DNA of 64,000 nt, taken from the NCBI GenBank assembly GCA_965637545.1, contig OZ281495.1, forward strand, positions 21,948,001-22,012,000. Reading direction: 5' to 3'. Origin of the DNA: Phallusia mammillata (lineage: Eukaryota). The position numbers were made by a program, and so were the translations under genes. Positions 49,933 to 62,200 of the stretch are shown here, piece after piece (within the stretch, counting starts at the first letter, position 1; every line of letters starts with the position of its first letter). The notes below the pieces were generated by a model, which saw only the letters and a program-made list of their open reading frames with translations, searched no databases and was not told the origin of the DNA.

Positions 49933-52859
49933 AGGAATCCTGCACTTGGACGTGACGCTTTGTATGGACCCTGTCAATAAATTTATCGCGATTTCTTTTT
50001 GTGTGTGTTCCTTGCTTGTTAAAAGCTAGGTAATGTCATATCGACGAGAGAAAACGCAGCTTCTAGTTCACTTAGGCTGCACACTGCTGTCTGTTTATTT
50101 TTCTTCACCTCCTATATCAACTATTCGAAAACGTATTAGTAAGCAATGAAAAGTGTATTTTGCGGATGGCCTTGACAGAAATAGATCCCCGATCTGTGAG
50201 TTACAGGACCAAAATATCACCGCACGTCATTTCTAGGTGTATATGTGGGTGATTTTCAACTGACAAAAGGTGGACGTGTTTGACTTGCAGTAAACCTGCT
50301 CTTTGACAACCGTAAAACTACAATTTAATTTGTTGCGACAAACAGTACCATTAATTGTGTGGTTTTGCAGGCTGTTAATTATAATAAACCTGAAGTCCTA
50401 AACTAAAATCGTTTCATCTGCATAACTATTTAGCTGAAACGACAAAACGAAGTGAATTCAGATGATAGTTGGTTTTGTTCTTCAAAACGAGCAAACAGAT
50501 AAAACTTACTTCCGAACCCGGAATATTTCCATATCGTCGAGACCAAATCCGGCAATTTGCCTCACGTAGAAGTGTGTTCAATATTTTACTGAAAACGTGA
50601 TGTGATACACATACAATAAACCCGTCAGTTTTGCGTGACAACAATGGAAAACCAACATCTGTCGACAAGGATTTTTAATTCGGTACCACTCGGCGGTTTG
50701 TTTGGGCGGATAATAATAATTGACAGGTTACCTTGATAACTGCGCACTCAGGCGATCATCATTGTGTTGGCTAACCTTTATTTTTGATATTTAACTAAAA
50801 GAAGGTTGTAGATGCTGCATCGATCCTTATACCTGAACGGCGCCGTGCCAAAGGTGACTGTCGAGTGATCGCACGATGGGGACATATCTTGTACGTGCAA
50901 ATTTACAGGCATCTTTGAAAAGGATGACTATTTTGGTTGGTGACAATTTTAACAAATAATTAAAACAGAGTCAAAACCTGAAAATAGAAAAACAATATTA
51001 ACTGCGTGAACAAAAAAAATTGAAGAAAGACGAAATATATGTTATTTTCCATCTAACCATAAATAAGAAAATTCATCCATCGTTTGTTGTTGTGCGACAA
51101 TTTGCGGCAATAAACACCTAAAAGTGTCACGAGATCGATGACGTAACCATGGCGTATGAAGAGGAAACGCCCATCAACGGACAAACCGCAGCTTGTGGGT
51201 CGCGGTAGCTTCGGACCAGAAATACCTCTATGTCCAAGAGCACATTGACTCCCGTTTCCAGGAATTCACTCGTAAAAACAAATCTGGGTTTTTACCAATG
51301 ACGGAAGTCCTGCGATTCTGTGTCCTACGGTTGAACGTGCTGCTCAGACAATGGCGGATATGGGACAATGTGATTGGTGATGCAACCGTTCACGCCGTAA
51401 TTGCTCATATCGTTTGCCAAAGTTGCTGGGGTGCCTCAATCTCTTATAAAATGATGTTATCAAGCGACAAATGCTCACACGCAACTGTTTCACACACCAT
51501 GAATGAAACCAACCACTTTTTGGTTTTGGCTTGAAGATTTACCGTTTGATTTTGAAAGGACTTAAACACCCCAGCAATATCACCTAGAAATCGATCAGCG
51601 ACCCGATAACCGTTGTTATATTTTTGAAAAACATGTCACCCACTTATAAAGTAACAAACTGCCGACTATGAAACTCTTGATATTGAAGTGAGATATGTTC
51701 ACCATCAGTATTCAAACTTACAAGTGCATTAAAGTTGCACCACGAAGCATTTTATCCGCAAACGATTTGTTTCAATTTTAACGAAATAACTTATAGTTCA
51801 CAAAATTTCGCAAAATCGTATTACGAAATTTATGCAGTATCTGTAGCAAAGCATTAAATATGCGTGTATAGCCATATGGATGCAGTTTTAAAATCAATCA
51901 GAATATATTAATTTTTTTATTGCAATGAAAAAACGACGATTGTTTTCGGACATCCAGAAGCTGTCTGATGCCATAGTGCCTCCATGTTGTTGTTGTTTGC
52001 TTCCTCTTAGAAATCACTGCGCAAATGTGGGCTCGCGGCCTTAGAAACAATCATAGAAGCGGCCGTGGTAACAGGCCTGTTAGCGGGTCCCGTGATTTCC
52101 GACAATATAAACCTGATATTCGAGCTGCGCTGGGTATGGGGACGAAATGACAGGTGGCGCAACACGCTTTAAGAGCGAAGCAAAGTGGTGCGCGGTCGCG
52201 AGTATGAGCTTGTCATGGATAATTTTGTTTTTAGATACCTTGGGGACCAGGGTGAAAGATGGAGAGGTAAACAGAGAGACGAGACAAAACGGACTTCGCT
52301 ATTTGTAAAGCAGTTGTGGAAATGTCATTTCTCTGTTGGGACGTTGGCGCAAACCGTGTTTTCAGTTTTTTGCGGTGGTACTTAAAAGCCAGCAGCCGGA
52401 AAAACACTTCGAGTAGAATAGGGCAAGCAAGTCAATCAATCTCTGTAGGACAGAGTATTGTTTATGTCCAGAGCAGCCTTGTGCAGGGCAGGATGTTACG
52501 CATGCGTTTCTAGCACCAGCAGAGCAACTGACGTGAGCACACATTTATGTCAACAGCATGAACGCCAAGCAGGTTGTTATTTTCGTGAGAGATGACCACA
52601 AAAATGTACACGCTATCAAAGTTAAGTTAACTACAGTTGTGAGTCAGAGATAACAGGTTCAGTGACACGGAGATAATACATAGACTTTAATCACATGTTC
52701 AATGTTTATGTAGCTGTGTTGATTGTAATGAGGCTCAGGCTTGTTGGAAATTAGAGAAAAACGACTGCAATGTTATTGTACGAAATGAATTGTTTATAAC
52801 TGACAGTTTTGTACTAGGATGTGTGAAATTACCTAATAAAATCAACTCAGTGTTGTAAA

Positions 52860-54648
52860 ATGAGTTTTTCTGCAACTACTGCTATTAGCAGTAATTCAAC
52901 AAGTGGAAATTCTGCGACTGTTCTTAACTCAATGGCGTCTACAATTGATCCGCTGACACCATGTCCAAGAGAGGTTTTTGAATTGATTCTGGGTCTGATA
53001 TTTGGTGCTTTGATCGTGATGTCAAACCTTGCTTCCATAAGAGTCACACTCACACAAAAGGTCTCAAATCATCCCCAGAGCAAGTACTTTATCGTCAATC
53101 TAGCAGTCAGCAATCTCTTCTGTGGCGTTGCCTTATTGGGAACGAACACTTTCGACTTGATCACTGCGTCACGAATGCCTGGCCTAACACAGAAGATATG
53201 CTACGAGATTTGCCGCTATTGGGCACCGGCATACATATTGTTTGTTATGGTGCCGTATGTGGCCCTCGCTGGTTTGGGGGTTGACATAGCAGTTTATTGC
53301 CACAGACCAATGGATTACGATAGAAGAATGTCAAGACCTATGCTGTTGATGAGCATTACATTATGTTGGCTCTATCCTATTTTAGTCATTTTGGTGGCAA
53401 TGATGTCTGAAGAAAAAATTCTCTGTGACATGAAGCATTGGGAGGTGAGAAATGTTTTAGATTTGTCCATTGTGTCATACTACGTACCCAAGCCGCATTT
53501 GCATACAACGTTCATATTCTGACACCACCAATATGCATTAAAAATGCTTCCGGAGTCTAATGGAATAAGATGATCTAATTTGCATGTTGCTTCGCCATAC
53601 TTTGTAAATAGTAAAGACGGTAACGCAATAAATTTATTAGATTGTCGCACCCTATGTAATTGTTTTCCGGCATGAAATGTAGGCACATTCGATAGAAATG
53701 CCTGGGCATATTTTCTTGGAAAAGATGTTGTGGTCTCCATTGTTCGGGATATGTACTGACAATTGCATCTTTAATGTATTTTAGTTAAACATCTACATCA
53801 TATTCTTCCCCATCTTGTTGATGCTGCTGCCGGCCATCGTGGTTATCGTTATATTTTCCCACATTCTGCATCGTTACTGGGCCGAATCGCGCCACTTGGC
53901 TCGTCGCATGAGTCTTGCACAGATTGGAAGCGCCAGTGACACGAGAGGTCGAATGGTCCGGCGGTTTCTGATGAAGTTCTCTCATCTGATTGTCTTCTCC
54001 ATCCTGTGCGGTTTACTCTTCACCTTTCTCACCGTCATTGAGGTGGTTCTCGAAGTCAATACGCACCAAAGGTCAGCGCATAATATTCTTGACATATAAT
54101 ATCCGACACTGCTTGCCACGACCTTTATTTGGACATATTGATGCTTCCAGAAGATGTGCTATTTAAAGATCCTATTAAAATGGGTTAAAGTCATTTATTA
54201 TTTAAATGAGTTGTATAATAGGGGAGTAAATACGCTTTGTAGGTAATTTAGGTTTTTGTTGGGTTGCTGGGTCAGAAGACTCTTTCTGAGTTGGTCGCGT
54301 TTCCTTTGTACAAAAAGAGTTGACAAAGTGAAGTGTTTTTCAAACTCCTGAATTGCAAAGTATACAAATTTTTCTACTTTTAGAATTTGTGTTCTATACC
54401 GACTGGATCGTCTTTTGATCTCCCTCAACTCCTTGCTAGCTCCTTGGATCCACTCCCTGGCGACAAATCAAAACCGGCAGAAGTTTAAAAGAAAGTTACA
54501 AGCGTGGTGTCACAACCATGCAAATAAGAACGAGTTTTCTTTGCGACATACAACACGAAAAAGCAGAACAATTTCTTCGCCCGACAGCGCAGCTAGTGTT
54601 CAAAAAGAACCGCTGTCGCCGCCGCCTTTGGCCGAAAACAAATTTTGA
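52860..54648 (+). CDS. Divergent class A (rhodopsin-like) GPCR, 3 coding exons, about 378 aa, ligand unknown
   Basis: Exons 52860-53444, 53785-54071, 54384-54648 are in phase. Seven hydrophobic segments; TM1 SN, TM2 NLAVSN, TM3 VDIAVYCHRPMDY, TM4 CW, TM7 NSLLAPWIH; N-terminal NST sequon. Confidence 0.82.
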
Positions 54649-56189
54649 CTTTTGCTTAAGGCTATAATAGTGCTCATAGCTCTTCAAGGTGCTCACTGAA
54701 AGGTGTCTTAATGCTGTATGTTCCTTCAATACGTATTTGGCAACAAGCTAAAAATTTATTTGGTAATGTTTGCTTTATTGGCATAGTGCAACTGGTATTC
54801 AAAAAAGTCGCCTTTCCGGGTGTCCTGCATAATTTGCCTTCTTTGCTAAAACGTAAAACTTCAAAATACTTATGCAAAGTGGCCATTTTTAATTAGTATA
54901 AACCTGATTATAACCATGCCAACCAGCCTATTTTTAACTGTATCCACACATTTGCATGGACTATGATAACAGATCATAATCATGTATCTTTTTTTAACAA
55001 GACCCAACTGCTGTGCTGGTATTAATATGATTTTGGTGTTTGATAAAGTAACTGTGGTTTTGAGTTTTCTATTTACTTTACATGTTCTTCAACTCCATTG
55101 GGACTTGTGTTTATGTTAAGCTTTTTAAGGTTGCAATGTTGCCTTGTTGAAAGTTTCAACCGAACTGTGCCATTTTCTTTTTTACAATATTACATGAATA
55201 TTGTCTAGAAAATTTATTTCAAAGTTTAGATGCATTTATAAATGTAATGAGTCATATTTTAGAAGATACAAATCTTGCATTCAGAAGTGCCACGTTTTTG
55301 TGGAGATACAATAGTATTGTTTTGACGTTAAAATTATCACGTGACTTCAGTAACACTGGAAGAGATCGGTAGTTTCCTACAAGCGTGACGTCATCTCATT
55401 GTTCCCACTTTATAACGTCAACCTATTCAATATTTAGGCGCGTGATCGTTCATTGAGGTAGCATGCGAAGTAGAAACAACGTCACTACAAGAAGTTTATT
55501 ATCTGAGCTGACGTAGTTTCATCTTGCAAAGTTTTGTGTTTTGAAAGTGTTTGGAAATGTCCAAAACAGGGCGACCACTCAAACTTTGTTTTCAATGTTG
55601 GGTAATGATACCAAAAACCTAAGCAAACCTTGAAACAAATATGTAGGCGCACATTTGACATTGGTGGTATGGTGTGAATTAGGTTGCAAAATATAGGTTT
55701 GTTGTACAAGCTTTAACCTAACTAGCGATGATCCGCAAATTTGCCAAGTCATTATTCACTTTAAGCGCACTTCCTTATTGAGCACATGCTTGACTGGCAC
55801 TTCACTGTAAAATAACGGGCAAACGTGCACTGGCCGCTAACAGAATTAAATGATAACAATAAACAAATAATTTTGACGTTAAGAATACGTGAACCAATAA
55901 ACCTTCTGTTTACGAATTACGAAATCGAATTGTCTTTTATCCATTTGGCATACTGATCAAACGCATCAAATGCAGAAAATTTGTTTTGATAATGTTGAAT
56001 AAGTCTTTGTGTTATGTACGGAATCAACTTTTTGCAGTTTTTTTTATTTGTGCAGGCACATAAGTTTACGGCACATTAAAGTGGAAATGTTTGAAGTGCA
56101 AAGTTGCGTTTGGCAAATAAGCGAAAAAAATACAAAAATGAAAAATATGGTTTTGCAAAGACTAACAAATGGTAATCGCAAAATGCATA

Positions 56190-58218
56190 TCACACTTCAA
56201 AAGCGTTGCGGAAAAACAGTCCATGCATTCTTCCCATCTTCATCAGTGTACTAGGCTGGGGGGTTTGGATAGTGGGTGCATACGTTGCTGGCCCTGGAAC
56301 TTTCTGTAAAAAGCCCGTGTGTAGTTAAACAACTGTACCAGTAAGTAATTCACGTCCATCACTTCTCAATCAACAGGATGCACAGTGAGCAACGTTTTGC
56401 CGCACATCAACTGCGTCAGTGATTTGCGTCATTTTGCGTCAACGTACCAACGATTATTTTGTCACTGACGCAACTGAGTTTGATACGGACTACAAAAGAG
56501 TACACTAAATGTTTGCTGCTAGAAATGATTAACAAACCAGACCATTTATTAAAATATGCAATACTCTGTACATGCTTCCGCGGTGCCGAAATTAGCAACT
56601 GTGTGAGCCGCTTTGTAAAATAACTGAGACTCACGTCGGGGATCATAATCATGGGAGTATGAATGTGGCGAGGATTTGGGGTAAAACTGTTTGTAAATTT
56701 TACAACATTAGGAGATGGTTAGTTTTATAAAAGTCACCAACCGTCTGCGATGTGTGAAACCGTGGAGAACTTGATTTAAAGCTTGATGAGATTACAGGTG
56801 ATTTATCTAAGTATCGAGGCTCGTAGCTGCCTGGCGGTGGTCCTTCTTTCTGCATATTAAAACGAAACGCTGAATTAGATCAATTAGTTACTCATACTTG
56901 ACAAAAACTTTTTGGCGATTTTGCAATCAACCATAAATAGGCATCTAACTCCATCTAGCGGACATACCGGATTAAAGTATTTGGTGGGAAATCGAGGTGA
57001 TTGGGATTTAAATGCACCGTGCCTGTAAAACAAATAGTCCGCTGTTATTAAACAATAAGCAGTAAGGAGTGTTTATGAATAAGATGTTGCTGACCTACAT
57101 ATTGTAAAAACTTATTGCATTTCAAGCAGATTTTTATTGAAAGGCAACTGACGTTTCGACGTCCCAAACGAGGCGCCTTCAAGCCGATAAGAACGTTGTG
57201 TTTTTCAGCGTGGTGTTATCCTAAAAAAGGCGTCTTGTGTGGGACGTCGAAACGTGGGTCACTTTACAATGCAAATCTGCTGGAAGTGCGATCATTGTTA
57301 TAGATGTGTGTGTGTTGACAGGGGTGTATTGTACAATTCAAATCGGCATGAAAAAAAAAACAAAAAAAACGATACACAGGTTATTTTAGTTAAAGATTTA
57401 TCAACAGAAAACGACGTTTCAATTTAAACGCCTGAAGTCAAAAACGTAATCTCTTTTATGTTGTGTTCTTCTTAAGTACTTACGAGATTGGAGTCTTTGC
57501 CACGGGCTTACGCTCTGTCTTGTATTGAGACGGTGACACATTGCAATCCCTATCCTTTATTCCAGGTAAGGCTCTTTTACGACCCGCGCTTTTAAACTGG
57601 TAGGTGTACGGATGCTTCTCTAATGTATCGAGGAAGTCTTCATGCTCGTAAGCCCCGGGAAGAAGAACATCCCCATTGCTTGTTGATGTCCTCAAGTTTT
57701 TCTTGCGACCCTCTCCCTTAAAGTTGTAAGTAGGCTTGATGCGGTTTAATTCTTTCTCCTGAAGAAAGTCTTTAATGTCGTAAGTTCCGGGAACCGGCGT
57801 TTCCTGCAATTTACAATAGAGTTGTTAAGCGCTTTCAGAACCGAATAACAAAAGATCGGTTTAGCTTTATCGAGTCCTGTGATAAAAGGGCGTTACTGAA
57901 ACATTTTAATTAAAACTCGACATCATAAACTTAAGTGAACAAACACTGTTTAATTTATAAATCTTACCTTAAGTGTCACCCTCCACCATTCTCTGTCTGT
58001 CAACTGTGGTGTAAAAATCTCTTTAGGTGTGTTTCGACCCTGCGAGATCATAAGATGATTAAGATTATATAACGTCCTTTTCACGATATAAACCAAATTA
58101 TTTTACATAACCTAACTATGTTACATCGAGATACCTTAGTATAAGTTGAGTAAGCTTTGATAGGTGGAAAACTGGACTCGTTGACGCTATTAAGCCTTCC
58201 TGAAATTGCAGACGCCAT
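56190..58218 (-). CDS. STPG4: Sperm-tail PG-rich repeat protein STPG4-like, 6 exons, 250 aa
   Basis: Exons 58218-58135, 58039-57968, 57803-57484, 57022-56968, 56849-56742, 56303-56190 are in phase. REWWRVTLK/ETPVPGTY, TYNFKGEGRKK, RFPTKYFNP/KEGPPPGSY, KVPGPATY, MKMGRMHGLFF match recalled STPG4 motifs. Confidence 0.85.
57117..57289. repeat. Imperfect palindrome of two inverted Penelope-type hammerhead-like units (STPG4 intron 3)
   Basis: Arms 57117-57183 and 57221-57289; each carries aaggcg.ct....tgggacgtcgaaacgt, closely matching 20929-20957. Confidence 0.75.
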
Positions 58219-59259
58219 GACCCAGTAAACAATTCCAGCCTACCAAGTAATGCACACAGGCCCGACTAACTTACTTTTATAACCTCACGGTTTTACTGCT
58301 TCTCAAACAAATCCCATCTCATTGTGTTATAGTTGGGGCTTGTAGGTCGCAACCAGTGTGGCGACAGTTTCGAGTCAATACATAGTCGACAACTGCCGAG
58401 TGGCACATGACAATATTGTAATGGCCCTGCGCGTGTTTACACAGAAATACAGTTTCATTCATCGCTACCCTTTCATATGCTCCCCGCTATGTCTGGTGGC
58501 CCACATTCGTTTGTGTTACTAGTTCAGAATATGATTGAAGTGTTGCGAAATAGTTTGTATACCGCCGGGTAAGGTTTGTAAACTCAATTTGAATGACACA
58601 TTGACTCTGAAAATTCATTAATAGTTATTAATGTAATCAAACCAGCCGCGCTAATAGTAAACCGACCTAATCACCAACCATATGTTGTATCGACAGACAG
58701 GTGAGAAAAATAAATATATGCACACATAATAAACAAATGACAAGTTTGACCTGAATATGAATATACATACAAATACACATTAAGATTTGTGCTAGTGAAC
58801 TGACCCTTCGTGGAATGGTGCGAAGCTCTCGAAGAGAAATTGAACTTCTGACGCCGGACAAAAAATAACCACGTGACGCTCGTCTCGCCGCTAGAGGCGT
58901 CGTCCTGGAAACCGAAAGATCGGGCACGAATTTCATTTGTGTTGGTGGGTTGGCCATTATTGAATTATAAAAAAAATGTTGCTAAAAAAACTGTAGGGTG
59001 TTCTATTAGGTATAATAGGTTAGCATTTCTGACTTTGCAAGTCGTGAAAGCAACAACAAAGCGAATATTTTTTTACAAATTGTACAAGTACATTTTGTGT
59101 TGTTTTTTTAACCGCGTGATTAAAAAACAAACTTGTAATATTATTGTATCCTTCTCGTTGTGCAATTATAATGTTTAGACTGTAGATCCCCTGTCTGTAT
59201 CGATTTCCTGCCCTTCTCAACCTCCAACCCCGGCCACACACATACCTCGTTTGTTTTAG

Positions 59260-59630
59260 ATGTTTACTAAACTTTGCTATTGTCTTACTGCAACAACCAC
59301 TCGAATAAGCTACCCAAGTTTATCCACAAACATCGGCAACATCGAGCCAAACGAATGTCCTCCAAGTATTCGTGTCATCCTTGTTTCGAGTGGGTTGCCA
59401 ATCTAGCAGCTATACTTCACGGAAACATGACACCAGTTTGGTTTATGTGTCGTGTAATGTTACTAGAAGGGCTCACAATTCCCATAATCTTGTTTTGAAA
59501 GCAACGTTTAAATGACACTGGTAGACTATATTGGTCGAACCAGAACTTTTTTGCTGATTTTGCGTAGCAGTTAATTGCTGAATATGCATTGCCTAGTGTT
59601 TTCAACACACTAATTGTGCATTTCACAGCT
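59260..59630 (-). pseudogene. Probable GT31 (beta-1,3-galactosyltransferase-like) pseudogene fragment
   Basis: One frame reads QTGVMFP*SIAARLATHSKQG*HEYLEDIRLARCCRCLWINLGSLFEW, in gap-free register with recalled B3GALT1 SGTGYIFSADVAELIYKTSLHTRLLHLEDVYVGLCLRKLGI. In-frame TGA at 59419-59417 and 59377-59375. Confidence 0.45.
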
Positions 59631-61099
59631 TCTGAAACCTTTCAGAAACTGCAAACACACATTTTGTTATGCGAGTGTGCAAACCGGACATACCTTACTA
59701 CGCCAAAAGCGGCAATTTGCAGCAGCTGGTCTTTGGTTTCATTTTACCAGCAAACCACTAAAGACAATTAGCGAAGTTTCTTTGTGGCTTTGACCCACTT
59801 AGGGCAATGCAGGTTGTGCAAAATAACCAGGTAAGGCAATTTCGCTTGGAATGCGCAACGGGCGCCTTGCTGATCAAGTTACCAGTCACCACGCTAGCAA
59901 TCAGAAAACGAAATCAGTTTACACCACAAGAAGTGCCGAGGTTGTGCGCAAACAAAGATACGTAATTTAAAGGCGCGGAAAGTATTGTTACTGTCGACGA
60001 CTGCTTTGTGTTTAATTTAATTATTAAGTAGATTTTCGCTGTACCTGTCACGTGGAAACAGGAAACAAAACCTCCCCTGTACTTCACATTGTCTAGTTTA
60101 ACAGTGTTGTAAAAGGGATAAGTGCTTTTTCCGCCAAATTTATAATTTAAAATAAAAAATAATACCGTAAGTTCCGAAACATATTGTTGTAACCTATATC
60201 TTTAATCTTTTAATGTCGTTTATACAATACATGCTGGATATATAATTATTTGTACAAACCTGTATATGAATGGCAACGAAAGCCCACAAGGTGACGCTGC
60301 GGTTCAGTTAAGTGTTCTTTTGTCGCCATTAGGTACTGAATTAGACGTAAAATTATTTGAAGAGTATCCATTAAAAAACTCCAATAAAACAGATTTCCTG
60401 ACACCCGGCCATAAACTTTGATAAAAACCAAATGTGGTGCCAAATTCTCGGTGCGTGACAAATAGTCGTAACTTGCATTTTTTCGCAAGATCGTAGATTG
60501 TTGCTTCTCTGAATATTTTACCCACCAAGCGTTTTTGGAAGAACAGCAACTTTGGTTGTGAGACAAAGAGTTTTTGTATCATACACACCTCTTTTGTGGT
60601 CAACAGCAAATACTACAAAAGGAGTGGAAACTTGAGGGTGGAAAACAAAATTCCGCGAATGCCTTTTTCCGGGGGGAAATCGATTCTCCAAATGTGGACA
60701 ACCTTGTTGTTGCACCTGTTTGACCGATCCATGCCAAATTGATTCTCCCCCTGTGGAATCTCGAGAGCCAAGGAACCTCGGTCATTGTTGTATCAAGTGT
60801 TGTCCCTTGTCCTACTCGAACACGATGCTTGCTTTGTCAACTTGCACGCGCCATTTCAATGCAGGTCACGTAGAACCGAATGCGATTAATTCTGCCACAA
60901 AAGGCACCTTCGAGTGGCTTTTTTGATCATGCTCTCGTGCGAACACGTGTTTACAACTTTAGCGCTGAATGCTACATTTTCGGGAAATGAACACACGCAA
61001 AGTAAAGTGCTCCACTGCATTGCGACGATAAACATACAATTAAGCGACCAGGGTATAATATTCTGTAAATCCGATTTTAAGTTTCAATCATAATAATTT

Positions 61100-62200
61100 A
61101 CGTATTAATAAAATTGTATGTTAATTTAGATCGATGTAATAATATTGGGCATATTGCCATAAAGATCTGTTGTCAGGATGGCATATTTTTTTCTGCGGTT
61201 CAAGACTGTACTAGTTCGAAGTTTTTGCGTGTTTTTTTAATTTTAAATGTCCTTTTTAAAAAACTGTTTCCTAAACGTTTTTCAGGACCTGTTTTGTTAT
61301 TGCGATTTTTATTACACTTATCTATTATCGGTAGACGGGATTGATGGATATGTTTTTTCGTTGAATACAAGCGCAATGGCGTCATGCTATAAACTTTAAA
61401 GACCCAAAGCTTAGTGTGTGCCACTCAAGGATCAAAACGCAAAGGATAACTCAAAAAACGTTCTGCTATTGCGTTTGTTCAAACAGTCTGCAATACACTA
61501 TCACCAACAATAGGTTCTTGTGTTGTCAGAACTGATTGTTGGTAGATGTGTAATATACTGATCGATCGAAACACTATTCTTTGATCTATTAATCCCCTTA
61601 CAAGTGATTTTTGGCAACACCACCCACAATTCGGTCGTCGAAGCTTTAAAAGCATCCGTAACATTAAGCCCTGTGCCAATACAAGTGGTGAATCACGACC
61701 TTAATCCTCTTCCCACCTGCCCAAACTGCAATCTACCTTCTCAGCCACCAATGGTTGGCAGGCATGTTAACTCGTTGGGATTTGTGCCACCATTTTCGGT
61801 AATAAGGCTGCCTATTGCGGGAAAGCGGCATTTCTTCAAATCCATGATTCACCGCATCGGAGGCCTGACCCCAACGGTGTTTGATCAGCGGTGACAGAAG
61901 GATGAAATTGTAGCGGTCTGAAATCGCATTATCGTTATCGATGACAACTCGAGGCGCGGCATCGAGACTATGTACGGCAAGGCGAAAAGCACTTCATGCA
62001 TACATGGCTTCCAAAATGGTACTTTGCCCAATTCAAGTTCTTGTTTGGTCCTGTTATAAAACGCAGACGCTGCGAATAATCAACATTTCGGTGGTTTGTT
62101 GACGCCTCGACGATACGCTGATGGGAAAACTGTGACGCCAGGCGCAATGTGTTGACCAACAACAATGCCACCGCACAAACGAATAACAAGAATCAGTCAA
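61100..62200 (-). pseudogene. Possible disrupted type II membrane Golgi-enzyme gene
   Basis: Hydrophobic anchor FLLFVCAVALLLVNTLRL, then coding-like segments broken by stops and frameshifts; only weak GT31-like motifs (IKHRWG, W..C..FDD). Confidence 0.22.

Noticed and set aside
58400-58415. RFX X-box-like motif upstream of STPG4
   Set aside because: Several mismatches to the consensus; not distinguishable from background.
61490-62200. Minus-strand frame whose stops are nearly all TGA (selenoprotein or mitochondrial code?)
   Set aside because: The read-through product resembles no family I know, no SECIS was recognised, and the frame ends in TGA TAG; chance or decay is more likely.
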